Shown one piece after another: positions 1-8,842 of a stretch of 51,001 bases of DNA. A program made the translations under genes and the position numbers. The notes beneath the pieces are model-generated. The model was not told the origin of the DNA. It did no database searches and saw nothing but the letters and a program-made list of their open reading frames with translations. The stretch lies in the NCBI GenBank assembly GCA_042577985.1, contig JBHPDI010000002.1, forward strand, positions 1-51,001. The letters are read 5' to 3'. The DNA is from Halobacteriota archaeon. GTDB taxonomy: Archaea > Halobacteriota > UBA148. Each line of letters opens with the position of its first letter. The first letter of the stretch is position 1.

Positions 1-57
1 AACTTGATATGCCTTTCCATTCTTTGTATCTGAAATGACTACTCTAAAGTTTACCAT
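1..57 (-). CDS. rps6e: 30S ribosomal protein S6e, N-terminal fragment (continues past left edge)
   Basis: Minus-strand ATG at 55-57 followed by MVNFRVVISDTKNGKAYQV, which matches the conserved archaeal S6e N-terminus. It lies directly downstream of infB. Confidence 0.7.
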   Translation of the reverse strand, partial: MVNFRVVISDTKNGKAYQV

Positions 58-66
58 ATTTTTTAC

Positions 67-1842
67 CTACCTAGCCCAAAATGGGTCACTTTTCCTTTTT
101 ATTTCTAGAAACGCCTCAAGCGTCTCAAGTTCATCTGCAGGTATCGTATCACGTAATTCCTGCTCTAGAATCTTCGCGTGTTTTTTTGGAATATCTACAT
201 ATAATAGGTCGCCCTCTTTTATCTGTCTCCCAACAATAGGTCCTTCGATAGACACGGCAACCTCTTTTCCAGCAACAGCTTCAGCAATATTCTCTCCATG
301 TTCTTGTATACCTTTGATTATTCCAACTCCTACTCCATTCTCTTTGATTACAGAAACCCCTGATTTGATTTTACCGCCAAGGATTTTCACGCCGACGATT
401 GCTGGCTTACTTTGCCTGAACATACAGCCTCGCATAAGCCTAAAGCTACCAGCTCTAACTATTGCTTCAAGCCCCTCTCTATCAGATACCGACCGCTGTT
501 TTTTAACCCAATTAACATAATCCTCTAACAGCTGGTAGATTACATTGCCCTGAAATACTTGCACATTGGACTTTAATGCCTCATCTTTCGCATCTTGAAG
601 TATATTTACACCGAATCCAATGACGACCGATAAGTATGGCTCCCTGATAGTCGCAGCCTCTATTACGTCTCGTTTAGAAATGTCACCAACATCCCCCCTC
701 CATATTGGAACGTTGGCATCGTTCAGCTCTTGCACTAAAGCCTCTAAAGATCCAATCGTATCTGCTTTAAGGATTACGCCGATCTCGCCTTTTTTGATCT
801 TTACTTCCTCCAATTCGGATTTGATATCATTTGATATCTCTTCTACTAGAGCCATATCCTCAACAACTCTCATCGGTGAGCCAGCAAGTGCAATCTCGAG
901 AGAATGTGCAACGACTTTTATGCCTGCTGCAGCAACAGCCTTATCCACTCGCTGAAATTTTTCTTCGATTTTGATCTCGGCCAGAGGCCTTGGCTTTAGT
1001 AGCGCACGCACTCTTGTCACAATTGGTTCTCCATAGCTACCAACTATTATTGTGTCACCTGTCTTAAGCTCTCCATCATACAATATCACATCAAGTGTTG
1101 TGCCGAGACCTCTCTCTTCTTTGACCTCTAGCACGGTTCCAACACCAGGACCTTTAGCATGGAGTCGTAGGTCTTTTTCGAGGAAGCGTTGGGATAACCC
1201 AACCAAGATCGTCAGTAGATCTGGGATGCATTCACCTGTCTTAGCGCTAATTGGAATAATACCGATGTTCTTCTGGAAGTCTCTAATTCTATCGTATCTA
1301 TCAGAACTAAAACCAACTTCATGTAGCTGACCGATCAGCCTATAGATGAGGTCGTCGAGTGATCTCTGCGTATATTCACTCTGCCCCTCATACGTCAATA
1401 TAAACGTTTTATCCTTATGTGGGCGCCATCCATGAACTCGATCGATTTTGTTTGCTGCTAACACAAAAGGCGTTTTAAAATGGCTAAGGATTCTTAGAGC
1501 CTCTGTCGTTTGAGGTTGAAAACCCTCAGTCACATCGACAACTACGACTGCTAGATCTGCTAGTGCTCCACCTCTACTCCTAAGCGTTGTAAATGCATGG
1601 TGTCCAGGTGTATCGATGAAGAACAGACCAGGAACTTTAAAATCTCCTTCCGTGAGAAGGCCACATTTATCCTGGATTGTTGCTAGTGGAACTTCAGTAG
1701 CGCCTATATGTTGGGTTATAGCTCCCTTTTCTTGCTTCGCTATGCAGGTACCCCGTATATTATCCAGTAATGATGTTTTTCCATGATCGATATGCCCTAA
1801 CATACATATTATCGGAGTCCTTAAGTCTGCCTTTTCTGTCAT
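67..1842 (-). CDS. infB: translation initiation factor aIF5B (IF-2)
   Basis: 591-aa ORF with GTPase motifs GHIDHGKT, DTPGH and NKID. Length and domain order are typical of aIF5B. Confidence 0.95.
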   Translation of the reverse strand: MTEKADLRTPIICMLGHIDHGKTSLLDNIRGTCIAKQEKGAITQHIGATEVPLATIQDKCGLLTEGDFKVPGLFFIDTPGHHAFTTLRSRGGALADLAVVVVDVTEGFQPQTTEALRILSHFKTPFVLAANKIDRVHGWRPHKDKTFILTYEGQSEYTQRSLDDLIYRLIGQLHEVGFSSDRYDRIRDFQKNIGIIPISAKTGECIPDLLTILVGLSQRFLEKDLRLHAKGPGVGTVLEVKEERGLGTTLDVILYDGELKTGDTIIVGSYGEPIVTRVRALLKPRPLAEIKIEEKFQRVDKAVAAAGIKVVAHSLEIALAGSPMRVVEDMALVEEISNDIKSELEEVKIKKGEIGVILKADTIGSLEALVQELNDANVPIWRGDVGDISKRDVIEAATIREPYLSVVIGFGVNILQDAKDEALKSNVQVFQGNVIYQLLEDYVNWVKKQRSVSDREGLEAIVRAGSFRLMRGCMFRQSKPAIVGVKILGGKIKSGVSVIKENGVGVGIIKGIQEHGENIAEAVAGKEVAVSIEGPIVGRQIKEGDLLYVDIPKKHAKILEQELRDTIPADELETLEAFLEIKRKSDPFWAR

Positions 1843-2162
1843 CTTGGTCTTCTTATTTATTCCAGTACAATATATAAGAATGTTGGGGATGATGAGTTGT
1901 TATGTAGTAACAGATTAGGGCATAAAATGTCCAATATTCTAAACGGAGTTATTTGCTTAGTGATTGGAGTAATACTATAAAATCTCTCAAGTATGATTGG
2001 TGGTTTTATTGAAGTTTTTGGTTAGGCATCTTCGCATTAAAAATTCTATTTGTATCGATTTTTCGTAATTATTTTTGGACCTATCTCTTTTTTTGGATTG
2101 CTATTTCAATTAAGAATAGGTTAAACAAAAGAAAAGACGATTTAAAGTGATAAAAAAGTAAT

Positions 2163-2588
2163 CTATCTAATAAATTTATACTCATCGAAAAATATGCTGA
2201 TCTCCCTTTCCGCACTCTCCAACGAATCGGATGCATGAACTGTGTTTTGCGTTAAGCTGGAGGCGAAATCTCCTCTAATAGTGCCTTTCATAGCTTTAGA
2301 GGGATCCGTTGCACCAACCATGCTTCTTATAACCGATACAACATTTTTTCCTTCGATGACCATCGCCACAACAGGTCCAGACATGATATAATCGACTAAA
2401 GAGCTGAAAAACTGCTTATGGACATGTTCCGCATAAAGTCGTCCTGCGGTTCGTTCATCAACAGACATAATCTTAAGCTCGATAATCTTCAGTCCTTTTT
2501 GCTCAATGCGCTGGACAATCTTCCCTATTAATCCGCGTTTAACCCCATCTGGTTTTATCAACAGGAGCGTTCGCCCTTTTTCTTCCAT
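2163..2588 (-). CDS. ndk: nucleoside diphosphate kinase
   Basis: LLLIKPDGVKRGLIG and HASDS motifs. Start set to the ATG at 2588, because the ORF-track start at 2597 is a GTG overlapping the rpl24e stop. Confidence 0.9.
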   Translation of the reverse strand: MEEKGRTLLLIKPDGVKRGLIGKIVQRIEQKGLKIIELKIMSVDERTAGRLYAEHVHKQFFSSLVDYIMSGPVVAMVIEGKNVVSVIRSMVGATDPSKAMKGTIRGDFASSLTQNTVHASDSLESAEREISIFFDEYKFIR

Positions 2589-2593
2589 AAAAA

Positions 2594-2869
2594 TCACTTA
2601 GCTTTTTCCTTTGATCTCGGCTTTTTCTTTGGCTTACCTGCTGGTTTGGTATCCTCTCCTCCCCCCTCTGATCGCTCTTTTGGCTTATTCTTGGCCATTT
2701 TTTTTACTTTTTTCCTTACCCACCCCGTCTTTCGAGGAACCCTACCCAGAGCAAAATTATTCTCACATTTAGAGGAGCAAAAAAAGTAGACATCCCCATC
2801 ACTTCGAACAAACATCTTGCCTGTTCCTAGCTCTATGGAAGTCCCACAGAATGAACATTTATTTTCCAT
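2594..2869 (-). CDS. rpl24e: 50S ribosomal protein L24e with Lys-rich C-terminal tail
   Basis: [21 protein letters not shown]...FFCSSKC zinc-ribbon core. ATG at 2869 chosen; the track start at 2878 is GTG. Confidence 0.9.
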   Translation of the reverse strand: MENKCSFCGTSIELGTGKMFVRSDGDVYFFCSSKCENNFALGRVPRKTGWVRKKVKKMAKNKPKERSEGGGEDTKPAGKPKKKPRSKEKAK

Positions 2870-2874
2870 CAGGT

Positions 2875-3087
2875 TCACCGAGTTGTCAGTTTCTTAGCCT
2901 CTCTCGTGGTCTCAAGTAACATGAGGATGTCACCTAAGCGCACTGGCCCCATACAATTACGAGTGATTATTCTTCCCTTATTGATACCATCAAGAATACG
3001 ACAATTGATCTGGACAGCTTCTCCATGCATTCCCGTCCTGCCAAGCACTTCTATAATCTCTGCCGGTATAGCCTCATCCTCTGCCAT
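2875..3087 (-). CDS. rps28e: 30S ribosomal protein S28e
   Basis: [27 protein letters not shown] signature in a 70-aa protein. Confidence 0.92.
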   Translation of the reverse strand: MAEDEAIPAEIIEVLGRTGMHGEAVQINCRILDGINKGRIITRNCMGPVRLGDILMLLETTREAKKLTTR

Positions 3088-3092
3088 TTATA

Positions 3093-3461
3093 TCACTTTA
3101 ACGCTTGAACTTTTTGCGTAATCTCTTCCACGATATCTTTACTTTTGCCTACATCTATGATCGCAGCGGACACACAACCAACATCTAATCCTGCTGCTGC
3201 ACCAAGCTCATCCTGCTTGCGGACATATACGTACGGCGTATTTTTTTCATCACATAAAGGTGGTAAGTGCATAACGATTTCCTCTGGTTGGACATCCTCG
3301 CCTATGTAAACAAGTTTTGCGATGCCCCGTTCGATTGCTTTTGTGACTTCGTTCGTGCCCTTTTTGATTTTACCATTGTCTCTTGCTAATTCTAACAATT
3401 CTAATGCCTGGTCCTCCAAATCTTTGGGAACCTCAAATTTAACATATATCGGTTTTGCCAT
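3093..3461 (-). CDS. rpl7ae: 50S ribosomal protein L7Ae (kink-turn binding)
   Basis: [12 protein letters not shown]...[12 protein letters not shown]...PYVYV motifs. ATG at 3461; the track start is TTG two codons upstream. Confidence 0.93.
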   Translation of the reverse strand: MAKPIYVKFEVPKDLEDQALELLELARDNGKIKKGTNEVTKAIERGIAKLVYIGEDVQPEEIVMHLPPLCDEKNTPYVYVRKQDELGAAAGLDVGCVSAAIIDVGKSKDIVEEITQKVQALK

Positions 3462-3565
3462 TTTCAAACCTCATTCCGGACTAAGTCCTTCATCAATCAT
3501 AGATTGTGAAGTGTTGAGCTGATAATATTATCACATTACCTTTTATACCTTCTGCTTGGTGTACT

Positions 3566-5248
3566 CTACTTGTGCGCAAAATATGCAACGATCTTATCAT
3601 ATATGGAGTCAATCTTCACGAATCCAAATCTTTCAAATTGGACTACGTTACCCAACTCTGAGCTAATTCCACTTTCTCCAATGCCATTATATTCTTTATC
3701 TGGGCATATCACTTTGACCTTGACCCCTCCTGAGGGGCACCAGTGAATGATGGCTGCACCTTGTTTGGTGATGCCCAAATCGTTCCCGATGTACTTTGCA
3801 TTAAGTGGGCATAAACTCGTGATTTGGATATTGTACAAGTCTTTAAGACGCAGTTTATCGCCTTTCTTGATGTCTTGAATATCATCTTTACATACAAAAA
3901 CTTCTTTTTTCACTAATATCTCTCTAAAGCCTCTATTACCTGTAGGGTGAAGTGGAGCTTTTGCTACAGTTGGTATCGCATCCTTTATCTCTAATTTGAT
4001 GGGATTCCAAACGAAGAAGTAACGATTCGCGATAGGATCTATAATCTTTCTGTTTTCAGCATATAATGTATCCATGCTAACTGCTATATCGGTCTCACTC
4101 ACGCCAAGATCGATCATGAAATTTCTGATAGCCTTTGCTTGAATACCTCTCCTTCTTAGGGCTCGCACCGTAGGTAGACGTGGATCATCCCAGCCTTTAT
4201 ATTCTCCATTATCGATTGCTATTTTTATCTCACTTGTGCTGAACTTGCCAAATTCATGGATTTTAATACGTCCCCAGTGACTTGTATTGGGATATTTCCA
4301 CCCAAAATAGTCGTAGACGAATTTTTGCCTCCTCCCGCTATCCATCAAGTCCTTTCCCCTTATTATGTGCGTGATTCCAAGCAAATGATCCTCCATCGCA
4401 GACTCAAAATCCAACATGGGCCAGACATCGTATTTGCGCCCCGCTCTAGGATGCGCTTCTTTGACGATCCTGAGAGCAACCCAATCTCGTAGAGCAGGAT
4501 CTTTATGCTTGATGTTTGTCTTTATCCTCAGGACAGCTTCCCTTTCTTCATATTTACCGGCCAACATTTTTTTCCAGTATTTCAGGTTGACATTGACATC
4601 TTGTTCTCGATGTGGACAAGCTCTCATGGAATCTTTAAAAATCTTAAACTCATCTCGATCACAAAAGCAGACATATGCCTTATCCATTTTTATGAGCTTT
4701 TCAGCATATTGATAATATTTATCAATTCTATCAGAAGCAATAACGGTCTCATCTGGCTTAGCATCCAACCATTCACAATCTTCTTCGTACCACCTATATG
4801 CTTCCAACATTGGTTTTTTAATCTTTGGATCGGTATCATCCAATCGAAGAATGAACTTGCCGCTGTACATTTGTGTATATTCATGATTGATGACTATCCC
4901 CCTAGCAGTTCCCAATGTCGGGGGTCCGTTTGGATTGGGTGCAATCCGCATTTTTACACTTTCCCCAAACTCCAAAGGTGGCAGTCCACGCACCTTTTCC
5001 TTCTTTTTAGATAACGTCAATTCAGGTGCAATTTTCTGGAGTCGTTCAAAACGCTCAGCAGATGTCATCGAACTTATTTTTTCTATGGTCCCCAGGATCA
5101 GAGGCATAATCTCTCTTGTTTTTGTTCTAAGCCCGGGACACTCACTCAGAACTTTGCCCATCACAGCATCCGCTAGGGGAGTTGAATCATATTTGATGGC
5201 ATTCTGCAATGCATATTTTTCAATTACTTTTTCTATCGATTCTCTCAT
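3566..5248 (-). CDS. gltX: glutamyl-tRNA synthetase, archaeal/eukaryotic type
   Basis: 560 aa with RIAPNPNGP...ILRLDDTDP, ITHIIRGKDL, GKFSTSE (KMSKS-like) and GWDDPRLPT motifs. Confidence 0.9.
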   Translation of the reverse strand: MRESIEKVIEKYALQNAIKYDSTPLADAVMGKVLSECPGLRTKTREIMPLILGTIEKISSMTSAERFERLQKIAPELTLSKKKEKVRGLPPLEFGESVKMRIAPNPNGPPTLGTARGIVINHEYTQMYSGKFILRLDDTDPKIKKPMLEAYRWYEEDCEWLDAKPDETVIASDRIDKYYQYAEKLIKMDKAYVCFCDRDEFKIFKDSMRACPHREQDVNVNLKYWKKMLAGKYEEREAVLRIKTNIKHKDPALRDWVALRIVKEAHPRAGRKYDVWPMLDFESAMEDHLLGITHIIRGKDLMDSGRRQKFVYDYFGWKYPNTSHWGRIKIHEFGKFSTSEIKIAIDNGEYKGWDDPRLPTVRALRRRGIQAKAIRNFMIDLGVSETDIAVSMDTLYAENRKIIDPIANRYFFVWNPIKLEIKDAIPTVAKAPLHPTGNRGFREILVKKEVFVCKDDIQDIKKGDKLRLKDLYNIQITSLCPLNAKYIGNDLGITKQGAAIIHWCPSGGVKVKVICPDKEYNGIGESGISSELGNVVQFERFGFVKIDSIYDKIVAYFAHK

Positions 5249-5350
5249 CGATTTAACCCTATCTTTTTATTACTTGAAATTATGGCAACAAAACCTTTAT
5301 CATATAAATTTCAAGTATTGATTGTCATTCTTTTAGTTAGGTGAAACAAC

Positions 5351-6541
5351 ATGTCAAGCCATAGGCTAGAAATAGCGAAGAAGCACATATTTTCAACTGG
5401 CTTAGGTGATATAGGTTCTTCTCTCTGCAGAGAAAACATGAAATATGGCATTGCGAAGATTCACTGGGTACAAGAACAACTGGGGATGGAAACAAATGCG
5501 ACATTCGTCTCTGGTCCAGACGAAACCGTCACTAAGAACAAAATGAGGTGGAAAAATGGGTTCGGATATGGCGGCAAGATTTCGTGGGGGGATGGAACTT
5601 CTAAGGTTGTGATCTTGGATGTGATGCCGAATGCCTGTGGCATGCTCGTCGGAGGCATGAATGAACTTCCAAAGCCAGGAAAACTTATTGAGCGAATCAA
5701 TGCTATAGAAAACACGGAATCTTATATTGATGATATTAAAGTAGCATGGGATTTTAGTAAGAGCAACCATTTTATCGATGTGTTCAAGGTCGTAAGATTA
5801 GCTGACATCGATTTTCCTGATTATGCCTTTATAATCCATAGCGGGGCGCCAGAACTAAAGGGTGATAATGCTAAGGGATTTGGGCTATATGTTCATGAAA
5901 GTGATATTCTGAGTGAAATGGCAGATACGATAGAAACGCCATTTGGGAGATCAAACGTAATTCTGGATAACGATGCGAAAGAATACTTACAATTCTTTCA
6001 TTTTGCAAATAATTTCTCTAAGAAAAAAAGAAGGTTAGCCGCAAAAATGTTGTTTGACGATTTTGAGGAGATATCAAATCCATTACATCAGGGATTGTTG
6101 AACTATAATGAGATTATCCTGGGCGCCCATTACATAAAAGATGATGAAGATTCCTTGTTCCCCCTGGCTCTAAGAGCAGATCTGCCTGCTTATCTGATAA
6201 GGGGAAAAGAGAACCTGTCTGATGAGATGATTGAAATTCTGGGTTTTTCCAAGAGGGCAGAAACACTGGGCGTTTATTCGTCTTTAAAAAATGCAAATAT
6301 TCTACCCCACGGAGGAGGTTATACATTTAGAGATCTACTCACGGTGACAAATGTGATGGAAGTCGGAGGCGAGAGATATTTCGAGGTTGAGATGCACAAT
6401 GCCGTAGGACATAAGATATTTAGCAATCCAAAAGACATTGAGTTTATTTATAGGGGTAGAGAAGTTGTGATTAAAACGCTTGAACTAGGTCTTGGAGAAC
6501 TGGATGCCAGGCTGATACCAGAATATGTGTTAAAGGTTTAG
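5351..6541 (+). CDS. divergent RtcB-like protein (truncated RtcB fold, function unknown)
   Basis: By-eye collinear match to the canonical RtcB at 38276-39721. Pairs are LDVMPNACGM/FDINCGV, SNHFIDVFKV/GNHFLEVQKV, IIHSGAPE/MIHTGSRG, ANNFSKKKRR/AANFAWCNRQ, NPLHQG/DVAHNI and LPHGGGY/VCHGAGR. Confidence 0.6.
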   Translation: MSSHRLEIAKKHIFSTGLGDIGSSLCRENMKYGIAKIHWVQEQLGMETNATFVSGPDETVTKNKMRWKNGFGYGGKISWGDGTSKVVILDVMPNACGMLVGGMNELPKPGKLIERINAIENTESYIDDIKVAWDFSKSNHFIDVFKVVRLADIDFPDYAFIIHSGAPELKGDNAKGFGLYVHESDILSEMADTIETPFGRSNVILDNDAKEYLQFFHFANNFSKKKRRLAAKMLFDDFEEISNPLHQGLLNYNEIILGAHYIKDDEDSLFPLALRADLPAYLIRGKENLSDEMIEILGFSKRAETLGVYSSLKNANILPHGGGYTFRDLLTVTNVMEVGGERYFEVEMHNAVGHKIFSNPKDIEFIYRGREVVIKTLELGLGELDARLIPEYVLKV

Positions 6542-7533
6542 TATGTGCGAGTAACCGCGTAGTCTGCCAGTTCTATCAACAGTTCCTTTGGCCTAGAATC
6601 TGGCAACACGTCTAACTTGGATTTCCCCTGTTCAACCAGTTCAACTGCCTTCTCCATCGCATAATCGATTGATCCCAGATCACGTAATTGCTGAACCGCA
6701 GCATCGATCTTCTCTCTGGAAGCATCTCTACTAAGTGCATCCAATTTGGTGCCTTTTTTGAGTGCATGAATAATTATCAGTGTCTTTTTTCCCTCCATGA
6801 GATCATTACCTCTTTTCTTTCCGAGTTTCACTTCCGGTATTATCAAATCCAACACATCGTCCCTTATCTGAAATCCAACTCCAATTTTGCTTTCTGCTTG
6901 CCATAATGCGTCCGCAATCTCGATAGTTGCACCACCGAGCAAGCTACCAATCATGGCAGATGTTGCAAATAGGGCGCCTGTTTTCTTTTGGACCATCTCC
7001 ATATACTCATTCTCACTGACAGAGTTCCTTTTCTCGAATTCCATATCCTTCCATTGCCCTTCACAAATATCTGAGCATGTTTGTGAGAGAATATTCAGAC
7101 AGCGTGCTACTATCTTTGGCGGGGCATCGACCTGTGTGATGATTTCGAATGCCTTTGAATATAAAGTGTTTCCTGCCAGTATTGCTGCAGGCAATCCCCA
7201 TTTGACATGAACTGTTGGGGTACCCCTTCGTACTTCGTCTTGGTCCATGATATCATCGTGAATAAGCGTGAAATTATGAATTAGCTCAACGGCAACTGCC
7301 GCCGGAAGTACTTTTTGTATGTCACCACCAACCGACTCAGCTGCGAGGATCAACATAGCCGGACGAATTCGTTTGCCCCCAACATCTACTAAATATCGAG
7401 ATGCTTTATAGAGTTCCTCTGGCTGTATGATGGGCAATAGTTGCCCTATAGCCTCGTCGACCATTGTTCCCCTTTTTTTGATTTCGTCTAGTACATGCAT
7501 GGGGGTATCACCTGAGACAAAGTTCTTGTCCAT
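6538..7533 (-). CDS. idsA: geranylgeranyl diphosphate synthase (trans-polyprenyl synthetase)
   Basis: First and second Asp-rich motifs LIHDDIMDQD and FQIRDDVLD. An alternative ATG at 7500 would remove the 26-nt overlap with RNase J. Confidence 0.88.
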   Translation of the reverse strand: MDKNFVSGDTPMHVLDEIKKRGTMVDEAIGQLLPIIQPEELYKASRYLVDVGGKRIRPAMLILAAESVGGDIQKVLPAAVAVELIHNFTLIHDDIMDQDEVRRGTPTVHVKWGLPAAILAGNTLYSKAFEIITQVDAPPKIVARCLNILSQTCSDICEGQWKDMEFEKRNSVSENEYMEMVQKKTGALFATSAMIGSLLGGATIEIADALWQAESKIGVGFQIRDDVLDLIIPEVKLGKKRGNDLMEGKKTLIIIHALKKGTKLDALSRDASREKIDAAVQQLRDLGSIDYAMEKAVELVEQGKSKLDVLPDSRPKELLIELADYAVTRTY

Positions 7534-8842
7534 TACGTAAAATATGCACGGTATCGCCTAATACGTAGCCAGCCTCTTCTGCTAATTCTGCATATGCAGA
7601 AGTCATGTTAAGATTTCCATGTGAAGGTATGACTTGCTCAGGATTGACCATTCTAAGTAACTCCCAGTGGTCCTCCCTGGATGCGTGTCCTGAAACGTGC
7701 ACGTTATCATATATCCTAGCTCCTTTCATTCGTAGTTTAGTCTCGGTAATATATCTATTGGCGGCACTGAGTGGATTTGGTATCACATTCGCCGAGAATA
7801 CGACCTTATCCCCGCTTTCGACTCCATAGGGGGTTGAATCATTTGCGATTCTAGACAGAACAGCACCAGGCTCTCCTTGGTGTCCAGTCAAGATCATCAA
7901 GTATTTGTCCTTGCCCTTGGTCATGACCTTTTTAAGGGCTTTATCTATCGACTTCCTACTTCCATGCACTTCTGCAACATAATCGATGTATCCCAATTGC
8001 TTTGCAGCTCCAGAATACCTATCCATAGATCTACCAAGTAATAGTGGAATTCGCCCCATTTTATCTGCTGCTTCAACTATCGTTTTGATTCGTGCTATAT
8101 GCGATGAGAACGTCGTTACAAGTACACCAGATTTTGTTTCTTCGGTGCCTACTAGTACATCCGTGACCATATCACGCGCGATACGTTCAGATGGAGTTTT
8201 GCCAGACCGTTGAACATTGGTACTCTCGGTGATCATGGCAACTACCCCTTCCCTACCTAAACTTTTTAAGCGACCAAAATCTGGAGCATCTCCGATAACC
8301 GGCGTCCTGTCTAGCTTAAAGTCGTTTGCGTAGAGAATTATGCCATCTGGAGTATGGATTGCAACAAATACACAATCGATTATGCTATGCTGTCCTCCGA
8401 TGAACTCCACAGAAATATCCTCTGTGAGGGGGTACGTCTCACCAGCATTTAGTATATTCAATTCATTTTCCACGCCGAATTTCCTCTCTGAGGCGATCTG
8501 CTGTGCTATCAATTCAATTGTGAATGGGGTACCTATGACTGGGGCACTATATCGATGCGCTAGCTTTGGAATTGCACCTATGTGATCTAAATGACCATGC
8601 GTGCAGACAATGGCTTTTACCTCGCCATCAACATTGTGCATGATCGTATCATCTGGTATGGCACCCGCCTTGATAAGGTCTAATGAGTGCATTTTTTCCG
8701 TCTCCGCATCTTCATGAATTTGAACCCTATCAAGGCGAAGACCCATGTCCATTACCACTATATCCTTTCCATAGCGGATCGCTGTCATGTTCCTTCCAAC
8801 CTCGTCGTATCCTCCGACTGCAATGATTCCTATATCTTTCAT
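7508..8842 (-). CDS. rnj: archaeal RNase J (metallo-beta-lactamase/beta-CASP ribonuclease)
   Basis: 444 aa with the HGHLDHIG metallo-beta-lactamase motif and the N-terminus IIAVGGYDEVGRNMT typical of RNase J. ATGA overlap with the fni stop. Confidence 0.8.
   Translation of the reverse strand: MKDIGIIAVGGYDEVGRNMTAIRYGKDIVVMDMGLRLDRVQIHEDAETEKMHSLDLIKAGAIPDDTIMHNVDGEVKAIVCTHGHLDHIGAIPKLAHRYSAPVIGTPFTIELIAQQIASERKFGVENELNILNAGETYPLTEDISVEFIGGQHSIIDCVFVAIHTPDGIILYANDFKLDRTPVIGDAPDFGRLKSLGREGVVAMITESTNVQRSGKTPSERIARDMVTDVLVGTEETKSGVLVTTFSSHIARIKTIVEAADKMGRIPLLLGRSMDRYSGAAKQLGYIDYVAEVHGSRKSIDKALKKVMTKGKDKYLMILTGHQGEPGAVLSRIANDSTPYGVESGDKVVFSANVIPNPLSAANRYITETKLRMKGARIYDNVHVSGHASREDHWELLRMVNPEQVIPSHGNLNMTSAYAELAEEAGYVLGDTVHILRNGQELCLR

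Noticed and set aside
35-520. 161-aa plus-strand ORF, together with the many other 60-170-aa ORFs antisense to infB, gltX, secY, the r-protein genes and others
   Set aside because: All lie opposite strongly recognisable conserved genes and have Ser/Pro/Ile/Leu-biased composition with no family motifs. They are frame shadows.
1889-1895. ATGATGA C-box-like heptamer in the 320-nt infB-ndk spacer (possible C/D box sRNA)
   Set aside because: No CTGA D or D' box exists on either strand anywhere in 1843-2162. A C/D sRNA cannot be assembled.
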